Shown here: piece by piece, positions 20,514 through 30,488 of the stretch
Position numbering within the stretch: position 1 is the stretch's first letter
How the letters are laid out: the number at the start of each line of letters is the position of its first letter
Assembly (NCBI GenBank): GCA_030059675.1
Contig: JANVYQ010000006.1
Coordinates: 1-64,000 of the forward strand
From: Candidatus Pelearchaeum maunauluense
GTDB taxonomy: Archaea; Thermoproteota; Nitrososphaeria_A; Caldarchaeales; Caldarchaeaceae
DNA length: 64,000 bases
Direction: 5' to 3'
Notes under the pieces: model-generated
Told to the model about the DNA's origin: nothing
Seen by the model: the letters and a program-made list of their open reading frames with translations, nothing else
The model's database searches: none
Position numbers and translations under genes: made by a program

Positions 20514-22637
20514 ATGGGACTGGAGACATACGAGCCCCTGATTAAGCAGCTCAAGAATATGCTGGGGCAGAAGGAGAGGTCAGCCGCCCTTTATGCGGCG
20601 ATGAAGCGCGGACGCGACGGAAGAGCGAGAACCATGCAAGAGTTCGCAGACTTCAACGAGTATCGCCATGGAATAAGAAAGATAAAAGAGAGGAACATAG
20701 ACAATCTTGACAAGCTCTTAGAGAGATTCATGGAAGAAGCACGGAAACGCGGAGCTCATGTCTATCTGGCTAGAGATGGCCCAGACGCGATAAGCTACAT
20801 AATGAATGTAGTAAAGCAGAAGCAGGCCAGGCTGATAATCAAGTCAAAATCACTAACCAGTGAGGAGATTGAGTTTAACGAACCCTTTGAGAAGGCGGGA
20901 TATGAGGTGTATGAGACTGACTTGGGAGAGTGGATAATGCAGGTTGCTCGCGAGAAGCCATTCCACTTGGTCTTCCCAGCGGTGCATAAGACCACGCCTG
21001 AGGTTGCTGAGCTTTTCTCACGCGCATACCAGAAAGCTATAGAAGGAGACCTCAGCGCGATAATGAAGTTCGTCAGGGAGACTCTTAGAAGAATCTTCCT
21101 GTCAGCCGATGTTGGTGTATCGGGGGCTAACGTGGCGATAGCGGAGAACGGGGCAATAGTCTTGGAGACTAATGAGGGTAATGGGAGGCTGGTAACGAGC
21201 ATACCGAAGATACATATCGTCCTAATGGGGATGGAGAAGATTGTTGAGCGGGTTGAGGATGCCATACCGCTAATCCGCGGCCACGCAGTAAGCGCAACGG
21301 GCCAGAGAACAACCACCTACGTCTCTATAATCGCTGGACGCCCACCCCTAGCTGGAGATGACGGCCGCGAGATGCACGTCGTAATACTTGATAACGGCAG
21401 GTCTAGGATGCGCGAAGACAGTTGGTTTAGAGAGGCTCTATACTGCATCCGCTGCGGCGCCTGCATGAATATCTGCGCACCATACAGCGTATCAGGCGGC
21501 CACGTCTTCGGCTACATCTACCCAGGCCCAATCGGAATACCCTGGACAGCAAACGTCCACGGCCTAGACAAGGCCAAGTTCGCCCACCTCTGCATATCAT
21601 GCGGCCTATGCAAGGAGATATGCCCGGCAGAGATAGACATACCGATGATGATAGCCCGCGTGAAGGAGCTGGACGTGGAGAAGCATGGCCAGCTAAAAGT
21701 GAATAGAATCCTGGAAAGCTACGAGAGCTACGCCCCCATACTAAGCAGTATAGCCCCGCTCTGGAACTGGTTAATGCGGCGCGTGCTAATCCGCGCGTTG
21801 ATGGAGAAGCTGACAGGAATAGACCGCAGTAGGCCGTTGCCGGAATTCAAGAGAAACACGTTTATGAAGTGGTATAGGAAGAACGCGGCCAGGCTCAGAG
21901 CTGGAGGCTCAGGCAAGAAGGCTGTGCTCTTTGTTGATTTCTTCGCCAACTACATAGAGCCACAACTCGCCATAACGCTGGTTGAAGCCCTCGCAAGGGC
22001 TGGCGTTGAGGTTGTAGTCCCAGAGCAGAAGACAAGCGGATACCCATACATACTCTATGGAGACTTGAAAGAGGCCGAGAAGGTAGCCCGCTATAATGTG
22101 GAAAAGCTATACCCATACGTGAAGGATGGCTACGACATAATATCAATAGAGCCCACAGCCACATACTCGTTGAGAGAATCATATCCTAAGCTACTCAACA
22201 ATAGCGAAGAATCCCTAGCTGTTGCGTCCAAGACGTATGAAGCCCTAGAGTATCTATGGGCCCTCGTTCAGCAGGGTAAGATAGTGGTCGAGAAGACTCT
22301 CTCAGGCCGCGCAGGCTTTCACATACCATGCCACGAACGCGGCCTATCCCACGGAAAATACGCAATAGCCCTACTGAGGGAAGCAGGCCTAGAGGTGGAG
22401 ATACGCGAAACAGGAATGTGCTGCGGAATGGCTGGAACGTTCGGCCTAAAGAAAGGAACACTAGGTATAGAACTCTCGCTAGCTATAGGAGAACAGCTAT
22501 TCAAACAATTCAAAGACAACAACCTAGACTTCATAGTTACGGAGAGCAGCGTCTGCAAGATACAGTTGGAGCAGGGAACTGGGCTACAGGTATTCCACCC
22601 CCTCAAACTACTTGGAGACGCTCTCAAGGCTGCGTAA
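20514..22637 (+). CDS. lutB: LUD-domain Fe-S protein (LutB family) fused to CCG domains
   Basis: KSKSLTSEEI, ETDLGE, TNEGNGR, CIRCGACMNIC, CISCGLCKEICP, CCGMAGTFG. Confidence 0.88.
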   Translation: MGLETYEPLIKQLKNMLGQKERSAALYAAMKRGRDGRARTMQEFADFNEYRHGIRKIKERNIDNLDKLLERFMEEARKRGAHVYLARDGPDAISYIMNVVKQKQARLIIKSKSLTSEEIEFNEPFEKAGYEVYETDLGEWIMQVAREKPFHLVFPAVHKTTPEVAELFSRAYQKAIEGDLSAIMKFVRETLRRIFLSADVGVSGANVAIAENGAIVLETNEGNGRLVTSIPKIHIVLMGMEKIVERVEDAIPLIRGHAVSATGQRTTTYVSIIAGRPPLAGDDGREMHVVILDNGRSRMREDSWFREALYCIRCGACMNICAPYSVSGGHVFGYIYPGPIGIPWTANVHGLDKAKFAHLCISCGLCKEICPAEIDIPMMIARVKELDVEKHGQLKVNRILESYESYAPILSSIAPLWNWLMRRVLIRALMEKLTGIDRSRPLPEFKRNTFMKWYRKNAARLRAGGSGKKAVLFVDFFANYIEPQLAITLVEALARAGVEVVVPEQKTSGYPYILYGDLKEAEKVARYNVEKLYPYVKDGYDIISIEPTATYSLRESYPKLLNNSEESLAVASKTYEALEYLWALVQQGKIVVEKTLSGRAGFHIPCHERGLSHGKYAIALLREAGLEVEIRETGMCCGMAGTFGLKKGTLGIELSLAIGEQLFKQFKDNNLDFIVTESSVCKIQLEQGTGLQVFHPLKLLGDALKAA

Positions 22638-22640
22638 TTT

Positions 22641-23760
22641 CTACTCATGTCTAAGAGAGTGGACAGGGACTGTTCTTCCAGCTCTCCAGGCTGGGTAGAT
22701 GCCGCTCACAACGCCGACTGCTGCTCCTACACCAACAGCTATTGGTATCCAGTCAAGGACAACGACGAAGGGAGCGTTTAGGGCTGCGAGGAGCCCCAGC
22801 CTGATGAAAACCAGGCCCAGAACCATGCCGAGTGCCACGCCGAGCAAAGCGCCGACGACGCCGATAAGAACAGACTCAACCAGGAAGAGCTGGAGAATAA
22901 CGCTTCTCTTAGCTCCGAGAGCGCGTAGAACACCAATCTCACGCGTTCTCTCAGTAACGTTGACCAGCATGATGTTGGAAATGCCGATGGAGCCGACCAG
23001 CAGGGATATGGAGCCTATCATGGTAACGAAGTTGGCGAACATGTCTATCTGCTCCTTCACGAAGTTTGTCAGGTCTTCGAGAGATATTATTACAAACTCA
23101 AGTTTGGGCGCGTCCCTTTTGAGGAAACGGACAGCGTCAGACCTATCGTTGGGATACGCCAGCACCGCGTCCTTAACCTGTGTTATCTGGCTGACAGAGT
23201 TGACCCTAACTTCTATGACGTGATAGACCATATCCACGCCCTTTCCTGGAACCTGTCGTTTAATGTCGTAATTCCCGTCAATGCTCAGTAGTATAACGCT
23301 GCTGAGCATCGGCAGGTCTTTGAGTATTCCAACAACGGTGTAGCGGCGGGTCTCTGAACCGTCCTCGGAGACGATGTTAAGCTCAATCCTCCGCCTTAGA
23401 GCGGATTCAACGTTATCTGCGCTCCGTAGTTCTTCAGCTATCTCCTTGGCTAGGTCGTATCCTATCACAGCCTCATTCTCATTTTTGAAAACTCTACCCC
23501 ACTTTATCCTGTCTTGGGGTAGATAGCCCGGGCGGAACCGCGGATACCCGTATATTCCTTATGTCCATTCCTATAGCCTCTCCCCTAAACTTAACCCCCT
23601 CTATGGGGTCTGTGTATAATACCCCGATTGGATAGACTTCCCTAACCACAGCTATGACCGACGCCACACCGATTATAACACCGAGAGTTGTGAGAACAGA
23701 CCTGAGCTTATGCGAGGTTATGTTAGTTCACGAAAGCCTCACCACATCCCTAATTTCCAA
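22641..23760 (-). pseudogene. Decayed MacB/FtsX-family ABC permease
   Basis: C-terminal GISNIMLVNVTERTREIGVLRALGA intact; N-terminus MEIRDVVRLS*TNITSHKLRSVLTTLGVIIGVASV has an in-frame TGA, an apparent deletion and a frameshift. Confidence 0.75.
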
Positions 23761-23826
23761 GCCCTAGCACCTCCCAAGAGCCTGAGGCAGTCAGACAAGC
23801 ATGGAAATCCTTCATTAACATATACA

Positions 23827-25029
23827 TCATCCCCGCGGCTTCTCTCTAGAATTTCTGCCCATCGCATGTATAGCCAGTGGCAGCGTCGCTGCTGTTAAGA
23901 TTGCCCCCGCTATGCCTGGAGCACCTGTTCCCAGCTGTTGGAATACTATGCCACCTATTGTTGGACCTATGATTCTCGTCAAACTACCTATGGAGGTGCT
24001 TACCCCCATGACTTCCCCGACCTCATCGCGGCCGACGACTTTGCTCAGAGCGCTGCTGATGACCGTGTTGAGTATCCCAGCTGACATGGCCATAGGCGCC
24101 AGGACTGCCAGTAGTATGAGCAGGCTGTTGGTGAGCGCCCAGCCTAGTAGTGCTAGGGTTATCATCGCGAGGCCAGCAACTATGAGCTGCCACTCACCAA
24201 AGCGGGATGCGAGCCTGCCTATCAGGACACCCTGAACGAACACCACCATAAGCCCTATGTAAACCAGTAGGTAGCTTGTGAGCTGGGCATCTAGGCCGAA
24301 GCGATGCTTTGCATAAAGTATGAACATGGCCTCAAACATCGTGAATGCGAGTAGGTAGAGTAGCCTTATCTGGAGTAGCCTTCCCACCATTGGATGTCTG
24401 AACAGTTCTTTCAGGGGGGATATTCCGAGGAGCGGCTTGCTGGTCGGCGCTCTTCTCTCCATGCCTGGAGGCTCGCGGAGCCATGCGACTACCATGAAGA
24501 GATTCACAAGCTCAAGGGCTGCGGCGGCGTAGAAAGGTGTAGTAACCCCGTAGACGCTGAGCGTTCCACCTATCGCTGGGCCTAGTATGAGTCCCAAGCC
24601 AAATGAAGCACCTATCAAACCCATGCCACGTGCTCTGTCTCGCGCATCTGACGTGTCTGCTATGTACGCCTGTGCTACCGCCAAGTTGCTCCCAGCGATG
24701 CCCGCGATAATACGGCTGAGAAAGACAATCCATAGAGATGTGGCGAGTCCTAGTAAGATATACCCGAAGAAGCCTAGAACTATGCTGAACATGATGACAG
24801 GCTTCCTACCATACCTGTCTGAGAACCTGCCTATGAAGGGTGCTCCAACAAGCTGGGCCGCCGAGTACGAGGCTATAAGCAATCCCACCAACGTGGGGTC
24901 TGCGCCGAAGACCATGGCGTAGTAGGGTAGGACTGGTATTATTATGCCGAAGCCCAGCATGTCTATAAACACAACTAGGAATACCGCGGCCAGGCCTTTG
25001 TTCCTAGAAAACAACCTATCACCACGCAT
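23827..25029 (-). CDS. MFS transporter (TetA/DHA1 drug-efflux family)
   Basis: GRFSDRYGRKP motif A, AQAYIADTS, GLILGPAIGG motif C; about 12 TM helices. Confidence 0.9.
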   Translation of the reverse strand: MRGDRLFSRNKGLAAVFLVVFIDMLGFGIIIPVLPYYAMVFGADPTLVGLLIASYSAAQLVGAPFIGRFSDRYGRKPVIMFSIVLGFFGYILLGLATSLWIVFLSRIIAGIAGSNLAVAQAYIADTSDARDRARGMGLIGASFGLGLILGPAIGGTLSVYGVTTPFYAAAALELVNLFMVVAWLREPPGMERRAPTSKPLLGISPLKELFRHPMVGRLLQIRLLYLLAFTMFEAMFILYAKHRFGLDAQLTSYLLVYIGLMVVFVQGVLIGRLASRFGEWQLIVAGLAMITLALLGWALTNSLLILLAVLAPMAMSAGILNTVISSALSKVVGRDEVGEVMGVSTSIGSLTRIIGPTIGGIVFQQLGTGAPGIAGAILTAATLPLAIHAMGRNSREKPRG

Positions 25030-25225
25030 CTATCACGACGCCTTCTATACAACCAAGCCGCAAATTAGGTGGTATTTATATGCAGTGAGCGGAATGGAGA
25101 TAAAGAAATAATCATCATAATATACAAATATCATCAATTAGGTTACCGACTTCCACAGCAAACATGTTGAACGATAAGATTATACGCGAAACACTATATA
25201 TAGCGACTTACATGATAAACAACCT

Positions 25226-25894
25226 ATGGTTGTCTTAAGGGAAAAGGAGAAGAATATAGTGAGGTCAAAGTTTGAGAAGGAGCTTGTTGATAATGTTAGG
25301 CTCGTGGTCTTTACGCAGGAGTTTGAATGCGAGTATTGTAATATGACGCGCGAGCTTGTTGAGGAGCTTGCGGCGCTAACTGATAAGATAAAGGTGGAGA
25401 TCTATGACTTTGAGAAGGATTCCGAGAAGGCTAGGCGGTGGGGCGTTGATAAGGTTCCAGCCCTCCTAATCTTCGGAAAACGCGAAAATGGGATAAGGTA
25501 TTTCGGGATTCCAAGCGGCTACGAGTTCGCATCACTGCTAGAAGATATAGTGGACGTATCGCGCGGAGGCTCCCGCCTCTCACAAGCAACTAAGGAGAAG
25601 CTGAAGAGCGTCACAAAACCCGTACATATACAGGTATTCGTAACCCCCACATGCCCATACTGCCCAGGAGCCGTGAGGATAGCGCACCAGATGGCGCTGG
25701 AGAACGAGAATATAGTGGCGGATATGATAGAGTCGCTGGAATTCCCGTATCTTGCCAATAGGTATCAGGTTATGGCTGTGCCTAAGGTGGTGATAAACGA
25801 CGTTATATCGTTTGAAGGTGCTCTCCCAGAGGCACATTTCTTAGAGCATGTTATGCTTGCTGTAGATTCTGAGGGACTCGTAAGCCGCCGCTGA
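25226..25894 (+). CDS. Protein disulfide oxidoreductase (two thioredoxin folds, archaeal glutaredoxin-like PDO)
   Basis: CEYC and CPYC motifs, GIPSGYEF, VMAVP. Confidence 0.92.
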   Translation: MVVLREKEKNIVRSKFEKELVDNVRLVVFTQEFECEYCNMTRELVEELAALTDKIKVEIYDFEKDSEKARRWGVDKVPALLIFGKRENGIRYFGIPSGYEFASLLEDIVDVSRGGSRLSQATKEKLKSVTKPVHIQVFVTPTCPYCPGAVRIAHQMALENENIVADMIESLEFPYLANRYQVMAVPKVVINDVISFEGALPEAHFLEHVMLAVDSEGLVSRR

Positions 25895-25934
25895 ATATTT
25901 AAATCCTCATCAACGCGCATGAACGGTTAGTACC

Positions 25935-26852
25935 TTGAGCGAAACTCCTGAGCTTGTTTGGATTGATGGGGAGTTCGTCCCCTGGAAGGATGCGAAAATC
26001 CACATAATGACACACGCCCTACACTACGGCTCGGCGGTATTTGAGGGAATAAGAGCATACTACCACGAAGACGAGCTATACGTCTTCAGGCTCCGTGAGC
26101 ACATGAAGCGACTGGTGGATTCGGCGAAGATTCTACAAATTAAAAACCGCTACACCGTAGATGAGCTGGTTGACATAACTGTTAGGACTCTCCGCGAGAA
26201 TAGGTTCCGCACATCGGTCTACATTAGGCCGATTATCTTCGTCGGTGAGGGTGGTATCGGGATTGATTTCGTCAAGAATCCTGTGCGCACAGCTATAATA
26301 GCGGTTCCCTTCCATAGCTATTTTGATAAGGTGGGGCTGCGGGTTCATGTCTCTTCTTGGAGGAGGATTCCAGATAACTCCCTACCAGCACGCGCTAAGG
26401 CTGCCTCAAACTATGTTAATTCAATCTTAGCAACACGTGAGGCTAGGAGCATGGGCTATGACGAGGCCATACTGCTTGACCAGCAGGGATACGTGAGCGA
26501 GGGAGCTGGCGAGAACCTATTCCTAGTCAAGAACGGCGTGATAAACACACCACCAGTCTCGTCCAGCATCTTAGAAGGAATAACCCGCGATACCGTTATG
26601 ACGCTGGCCCGCGACATGGGGTATGAGGTTGTGGAACGCCTAATAGGGAGGAGCGAGCTATACACGGCCGACGAGCTCTTCTTCACAGGAACGGCAGCGG
26701 AGGTGCAGCCAATACTGGAGGTTGATGACCGTAAGATAGGAGACGGAAACCCAGGAAAGATAACGAAACAACTGATGGACATGTATGCGCGCGTGGTTAG
26801 GGGCATGGAGAAACGCTACGAGCGGTGGCTCACAAGGGTCTATAAACAGTAA
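25935..26852 (+). CDS. ilvE: Branched-chain amino acid aminotransferase
   Basis: HALHYGSAVFEGIR, AKAASNY, EGAGENLF, LEGITR, FFTGTAAE. Confidence 0.95.
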   Translation: MSETPELVWIDGEFVPWKDAKIHIMTHALHYGSAVFEGIRAYYHEDELYVFRLREHMKRLVDSAKILQIKNRYTVDELVDITVRTLRENRFRTSVYIRPIIFVGEGGIGIDFVKNPVRTAIIAVPFHSYFDKVGLRVHVSSWRRIPDNSLPARAKAASNYVNSILATREARSMGYDEAILLDQQGYVSEGAGENLFLVKNGVINTPPVSSSILEGITRDTVMTLARDMGYEVVERLIGRSELYTADELFFTGTAAEVQPILEVDDRKIGDGNPGKITKQLMDMYARVVRGMEKRYERWLTRVYKQ

Positions 26853-26893
26853 TGAAGTAGAGAATCTTGCGAGGGCTGGAGGGCGGCGTGCAT

Positions 26894-27244
26894 ATGATTA
26901 AGTGCAACATCTGCGGAGAGCTTGTTTCCTATGCTCTTCTCCGTGTTGATTTTCCACGCTGCTCCAAGGGGCATGAGCTGGGAGTCTGGGCCATGTGTGG
27001 CAACGAGACTGAGCAGCACATCTACCTGAGAAACGGCGAGAACCCCTGCCCAGTATGCGGAAATAATGAGTGGAGCCGCGTGGAGAAGGGAACACCAGTA
27101 AGATGCGCCCATAAGACCGAAGATGGAAGAACATGCCTATACCCAGAGTATCTATGGATGGTTGACGGCCCGCCATGCCATCTAAACCATCTCACCACAA
27201 TAATTGTTAATAAGACTAGGATAGCCGAGAAGCAGGGCACATAG
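26894..27244 (+). CDS. Small Cys/His-rich putative multi-zinc-finger protein
   Basis: CNIC, CSKGH, CPVC, CHLNH motifs; fills the gap between ilvE and E1-alpha. Confidence 0.65.
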   Translation: MIKCNICGELVSYALLRVDFPRCSKGHELGVWAMCGNETEQHIYLRNGENPCPVCGNNEWSRVEKGTPVRCAHKTEDGRTCLYPEYLWMVDGPPCHLNHLTTIIVNKTRIAEKQGT

Positions 27245-27291
27245 ACGGAGAATTTATTATCAACACGGAGCCCAGCACCACTGAAATAACC

Positions 27292-28308
27292 ATGGCTATA
27301 ATTGAGGTTGTGGGCGGGCTTCCACCCTCAAAATACGCGGAGCTCGGCCTTGGACGTGATAAGCTCCTGAGAATGCTCAGGAAGATGGTGGAGATTAGAC
27401 TGTTTGAGGAGCGGGTGGAAAGGCTCTTCTTTGAGGGGAAGATAACAGGCCCGAGCCATCTCTACCTTGGTGAGGAGGCGATAGCTGTTGGAGTAGCAGA
27501 GGCGCTGGCTGAGAGTGATGTAGTGGTATCTACATACCGCGGTCATGGCCACGCAATAGCGCGCAACGTCCCCATGGTGGCCGTTCTGGCGGAGATTATG
27601 GGCAAGGCCACGGGAACGTGCAAGGGGCTTGGCGGCTCCATGCACGCGGCGATAAGCGTAGAGCACGGCATACCCGTGGCGACGGCGATAGTTGGCAGCG
27701 GGATACCCATAGCAGTAGGCATGGGACTTGCAGTAAAGCAGCTAGGCGAGAAGCGGGTAATCGTAGCATTCTTCGGCGACGGCGCCGTGAATACAGGCGC
27801 ATTCCACGAGGGGCTCAACTTAGCAGCCATATGGCGCATACCAACACTATTCGTATGCGAAAACAACCAATACGCCGAGTTCACCCCAATAACCAAGACA
27901 TTCGCTGGCGAGAGCATAGCTGCAAGAGCAGCATGCTACGGCATCCCATCATATAGAGTGGATGGGAACGACGTGATTGCCGTATACTCAACCACCATGA
28001 AGATAGTTGAGAAGCTACGCCGAGGAGATGGCCCAGCGTTTATGGAGTGCATAACATACCGCAAGAAGGGGCATGGCGTCTATGACACGGCTTGGTACAG
28101 GCCGCGCGAAGAGGTTGAGGAGTGGATGCGCCGCGACCCTATAGAGAGGTTCGGCAATAACCTGAAGGAGTTGGGAATAGTTGATGACGGTTTGCTGAAG
28201 AGTATTGAGGCTGAGGTTGAGGCCGAGCTGGATAAGGTTGTTGAAGAAGCAATGAACGCGCCCATACTACCGTTTGAGCAGCTTAAACAATTCATCTACT
28301 CAACGTGA
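27292..28308 (+). CDS. 2-oxoacid/acetoin dehydrogenase E1 alpha subunit (TPP-dependent)
   Basis: HLYLGEEA, YRGHGH, GGSMH, GDGA...ENN TPP motif, TYRxxGH. Confidence 0.92.
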   Translation: MAIIEVVGGLPPSKYAELGLGRDKLLRMLRKMVEIRLFEERVERLFFEGKITGPSHLYLGEEAIAVGVAEALAESDVVVSTYRGHGHAIARNVPMVAVLAEIMGKATGTCKGLGGSMHAAISVEHGIPVATAIVGSGIPIAVGMGLAVKQLGEKRVIVAFFGDGAVNTGAFHEGLNLAAIWRIPTLFVCENNQYAEFTPITKTFAGESIAARAACYGIPSYRVDGNDVIAVYSTTMKIVEKLRRGDGPAFMECITYRKKGHGVYDTAWYRPREEVEEWMRRDPIERFGNNLKELGIVDDGLLKSIEAEVEAELDKVVEEAMNAPILPFEQLKQFIYST

Positions 28309-28314
28309 TGCGGT

Positions 28315-29295
28315 ATGGAGCGCGAGCTCTCGTTTGCAGAAGCCCTGAACGAGGCTCTCAGAGAGGAGATGCGCCGTGACGAGCGCGTGATAATCTTCGG
28401 GGAAGATGTGGCTGTGGCTGGAGGCGTCTACAAGGTTACTAAAGGGCTCCTGGAGGAATTCGGCCCCAATAGGGTGATAGACACGCCAATATCCGAGGCA
28501 GCCATAGTCGGCGCGGCGGTGGGCGCTGCGCTAATGGGGCTAAGGCCAGTTGCGGAGATAATGTACATGGACTTCCTCACCATAGCGACAGACCAGCTCG
28601 TTACCCACGCGGCTAAGCTCCGCTTCATGAGCGGCGGCCAGCTTAAAGTCCCCCTCGTCGTGAGAACCCAGTATAGCTTGGGGAGGGTGCATGGCTCGCA
28701 GCACAGCCAGTTCTACCCAGCTTGGTTCCTCCAGTCGCCGGGCCTGAAGGTGGTTCTCCCAGCCACGCCGCGCGACGCTAAGGGGCTGCTCAAATCAGCC
28801 ATACGGGACGATGACCCAGTTCTCTTCGTTGAGTGCGGCCTCCTCTACCATAGGTATAAGGAGAATGTGCCTGAGGAGGAGTATCTAATACCCCTGGGAA
28901 AGGCTGATGTAAAGAGGAGGGGGAACGACGTCACGGTTGTCGCTGTCTCTAGGGTTGTGAGAGAAGCGTTGGAAGCGGCGCAGCGTCTTGATGAGCGTGG
29001 AATAAGTGTAGAGGTTATAGACTTGATGACAGCCCAGCCCATGGACTCGGAGACCATCATAAACTCGGTCAAGAAGACCAATAGGCTGGTAATAGCTGAG
29101 GATAGCGTCAAGACAGGCGGCCTCTCGGCGGAGATAGCTGCAAGGGTTGCTGAGGAGGCTCTGGAATATCTGGATTCTCCAATAGTTAGGCTCAACTCGC
29201 CAGACATGCCCGTCCCATTCTCGGCTAAGCTGGAGCAGGAGTACATGGTGAACGCCGACAAGATAGTCGATGCGGTGTCTAAGCTAGTCGGGTAG
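28315..29295 (+). CDS. 2-oxoacid/acetoin dehydrogenase E1 beta subunit
   Basis: GEDV, DTPISE, EIMYMDF, QHSQ, DAKGLL. Confidence 0.92.
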   Translation: MERELSFAEALNEALREEMRRDERVIIFGEDVAVAGGVYKVTKGLLEEFGPNRVIDTPISEAAIVGAAVGAALMGLRPVAEIMYMDFLTIATDQLVTHAAKLRFMSGGQLKVPLVVRTQYSLGRVHGSQHSQFYPAWFLQSPGLKVVLPATPRDAKGLLKSAIRDDDPVLFVECGLLYHRYKENVPEEEYLIPLGKADVKRRGNDVTVVAVSRVVREALEAAQRLDERGISVEVIDLMTAQPMDSETIINSVKKTNRLVIAEDSVKTGGLSAEIAARVAEEALEYLDSPIVRLNSPDMPVPFSAKLEQEYMVNADKIVDAVSKLVG

Positions 29296-29297
29296 AT

Positions 29298-29939
29298 ATG
29301 AAGCGGCTGGGGACAAGCCCTAGAGAGCTTTCAGAGGCGGCTGCCACGTTAAGAGGAGGAGGCGTACTAATCTACCCTACGGAAACCGTCTATGGAATCG
29401 GCTGCAACCCCTTCAACCGTGAGTCTGTGCTGAGGGTTTACGAGATTAAACGACGCGAAAAGAAGCCCATGCCAGTTCTATGCGCCAGTATAGGCGATGT
29501 TGAGAAAGTCTGTAAGCTGGATGAACAGGCGCTTACGATAGCCCAGCTTCTCTGGCCTGGTCCCATCTCCCTCATACTCCCCAAGAAGCCTGAGCTACCC
29601 AGTGAGGTAACCGCTGGCCAGGATTACGTGGCTGTGCGTGTCCCTGCTTCTCTTATAGCGCTGGAAGTCATGCACCGTGCAGGAACACCTCTACTTGGAA
29701 CCAGTGCCAACCTAAGCGGCGCGCCGCCACCAGCCAGCGATACGGAGATTGCTGAAGAGCTCACGCGCGAGATTGATGTGTTGATAGCCGCTGGTAAGAC
29801 ACGCTACGCCGCGCCCTCAACAGTTGTAAGACTACGCGACAACTCGCTGGAGATTGTTAGGGAGGGAGCTGTAAGCGCGGGAGAGCTGGAGAAGATTTTG
29901 GAGAAGGCTGGAGTAAATATCCGCGTGGCAAAGCTATAG
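29298..29939 (+). CDS. tsaC: L-threonylcarbamoyladenylate synthase (single-domain TsaC/YrdC type)
   Basis: YPTETVYGIG, KRR, LWPGP, TSANLSG, PSTVV; no SUA5 C-terminal domain. Confidence 0.92.
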   Translation: MKRLGTSPRELSEAAATLRGGGVLIYPTETVYGIGCNPFNRESVLRVYEIKRREKKPMPVLCASIGDVEKVCKLDEQALTIAQLLWPGPISLILPKKPELPSEVTAGQDYVAVRVPASLIALEVMHRAGTPLLGTSANLSGAPPPASDTEIAEELTREIDVLIAAGKTRYAAPSTVVRLRDNSLEIVREGAVSAGELEKILEKAGVNIRVAKL

Positions 29940-30488
29940 CCTGCTCGTAGCCATGCGTTGTATGAGCAGCTTCTTCAACGCGTCTGGGGTTGATTCTGCC
30001 TGTACATTCTCCAGCTCCCCAGCTTTTATATCGTAGGTTTGCATAAGCTCGTCCAGCCTGCTATTTACGTCGCTAAAATCTGCTTCTTCCCCCTTTAGCT
30101 TCTTAGCAACGTTATCGCATGATTTGAGGAGATGCTCAACATCGCTGCCGAATATGCAGACCGCCACGCGCCTCGTTGAGCTGCTCAAGCCAACACGCTT
30201 TAGCGCCTCGCTTATCTGGTCTGTTGCAGCCAGCTTGAGGAGAAACTCCACCTTAAGGCTCCTAGCCACGCGAAGCGGACTATTGTAAGAGAGTACTGCA
30301 TTAACTATGGCTGCCTCCACGTGCTCCTCATCAACAACCCTATCCGCGTCAAAGAGCTGCACCTCCGCCGGCTTCACGATACCGCTGAGAGAATCCAGCA
30401 AGGCTGCCACGTCATCCAGATACTCGCTATTGAAGCCTTTCAGAAGCGTAAACGCCACGTATATGTCGCGAAATCTATAGAGCCTCAC
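29934..30488 (-). CDS. cgi121: KEOPS complex subunit Cgi121
   Basis: VQLFDADRV..EH, ARSLKVEFLLKLAATDQISEALKRVG. Confidence 0.85.
   Translation of the reverse strand: MRLYRFRDIYVAFTLLKGFNSEYLDDVAALLDSLSGIVKPAEVQLFDADRVVDEEHVEAAIVNAVLSYNSPLRVARSLKVEFLLKLAATDQISEALKRVGLSSSTRRVAVCIFGSDVEHLLKSCDNVAKKLKGEEADFSDVNSRLDELMQTYDIKAGELENVQAESTPDALKKLLIQRMATSRL

Noticed and set aside
23728-23730. In-frame TGA in the MacB-like permease as selenocysteine
   Set aside because: Non-catalytic membrane-protein position (likely TGG to TGA); the gene has further lesions
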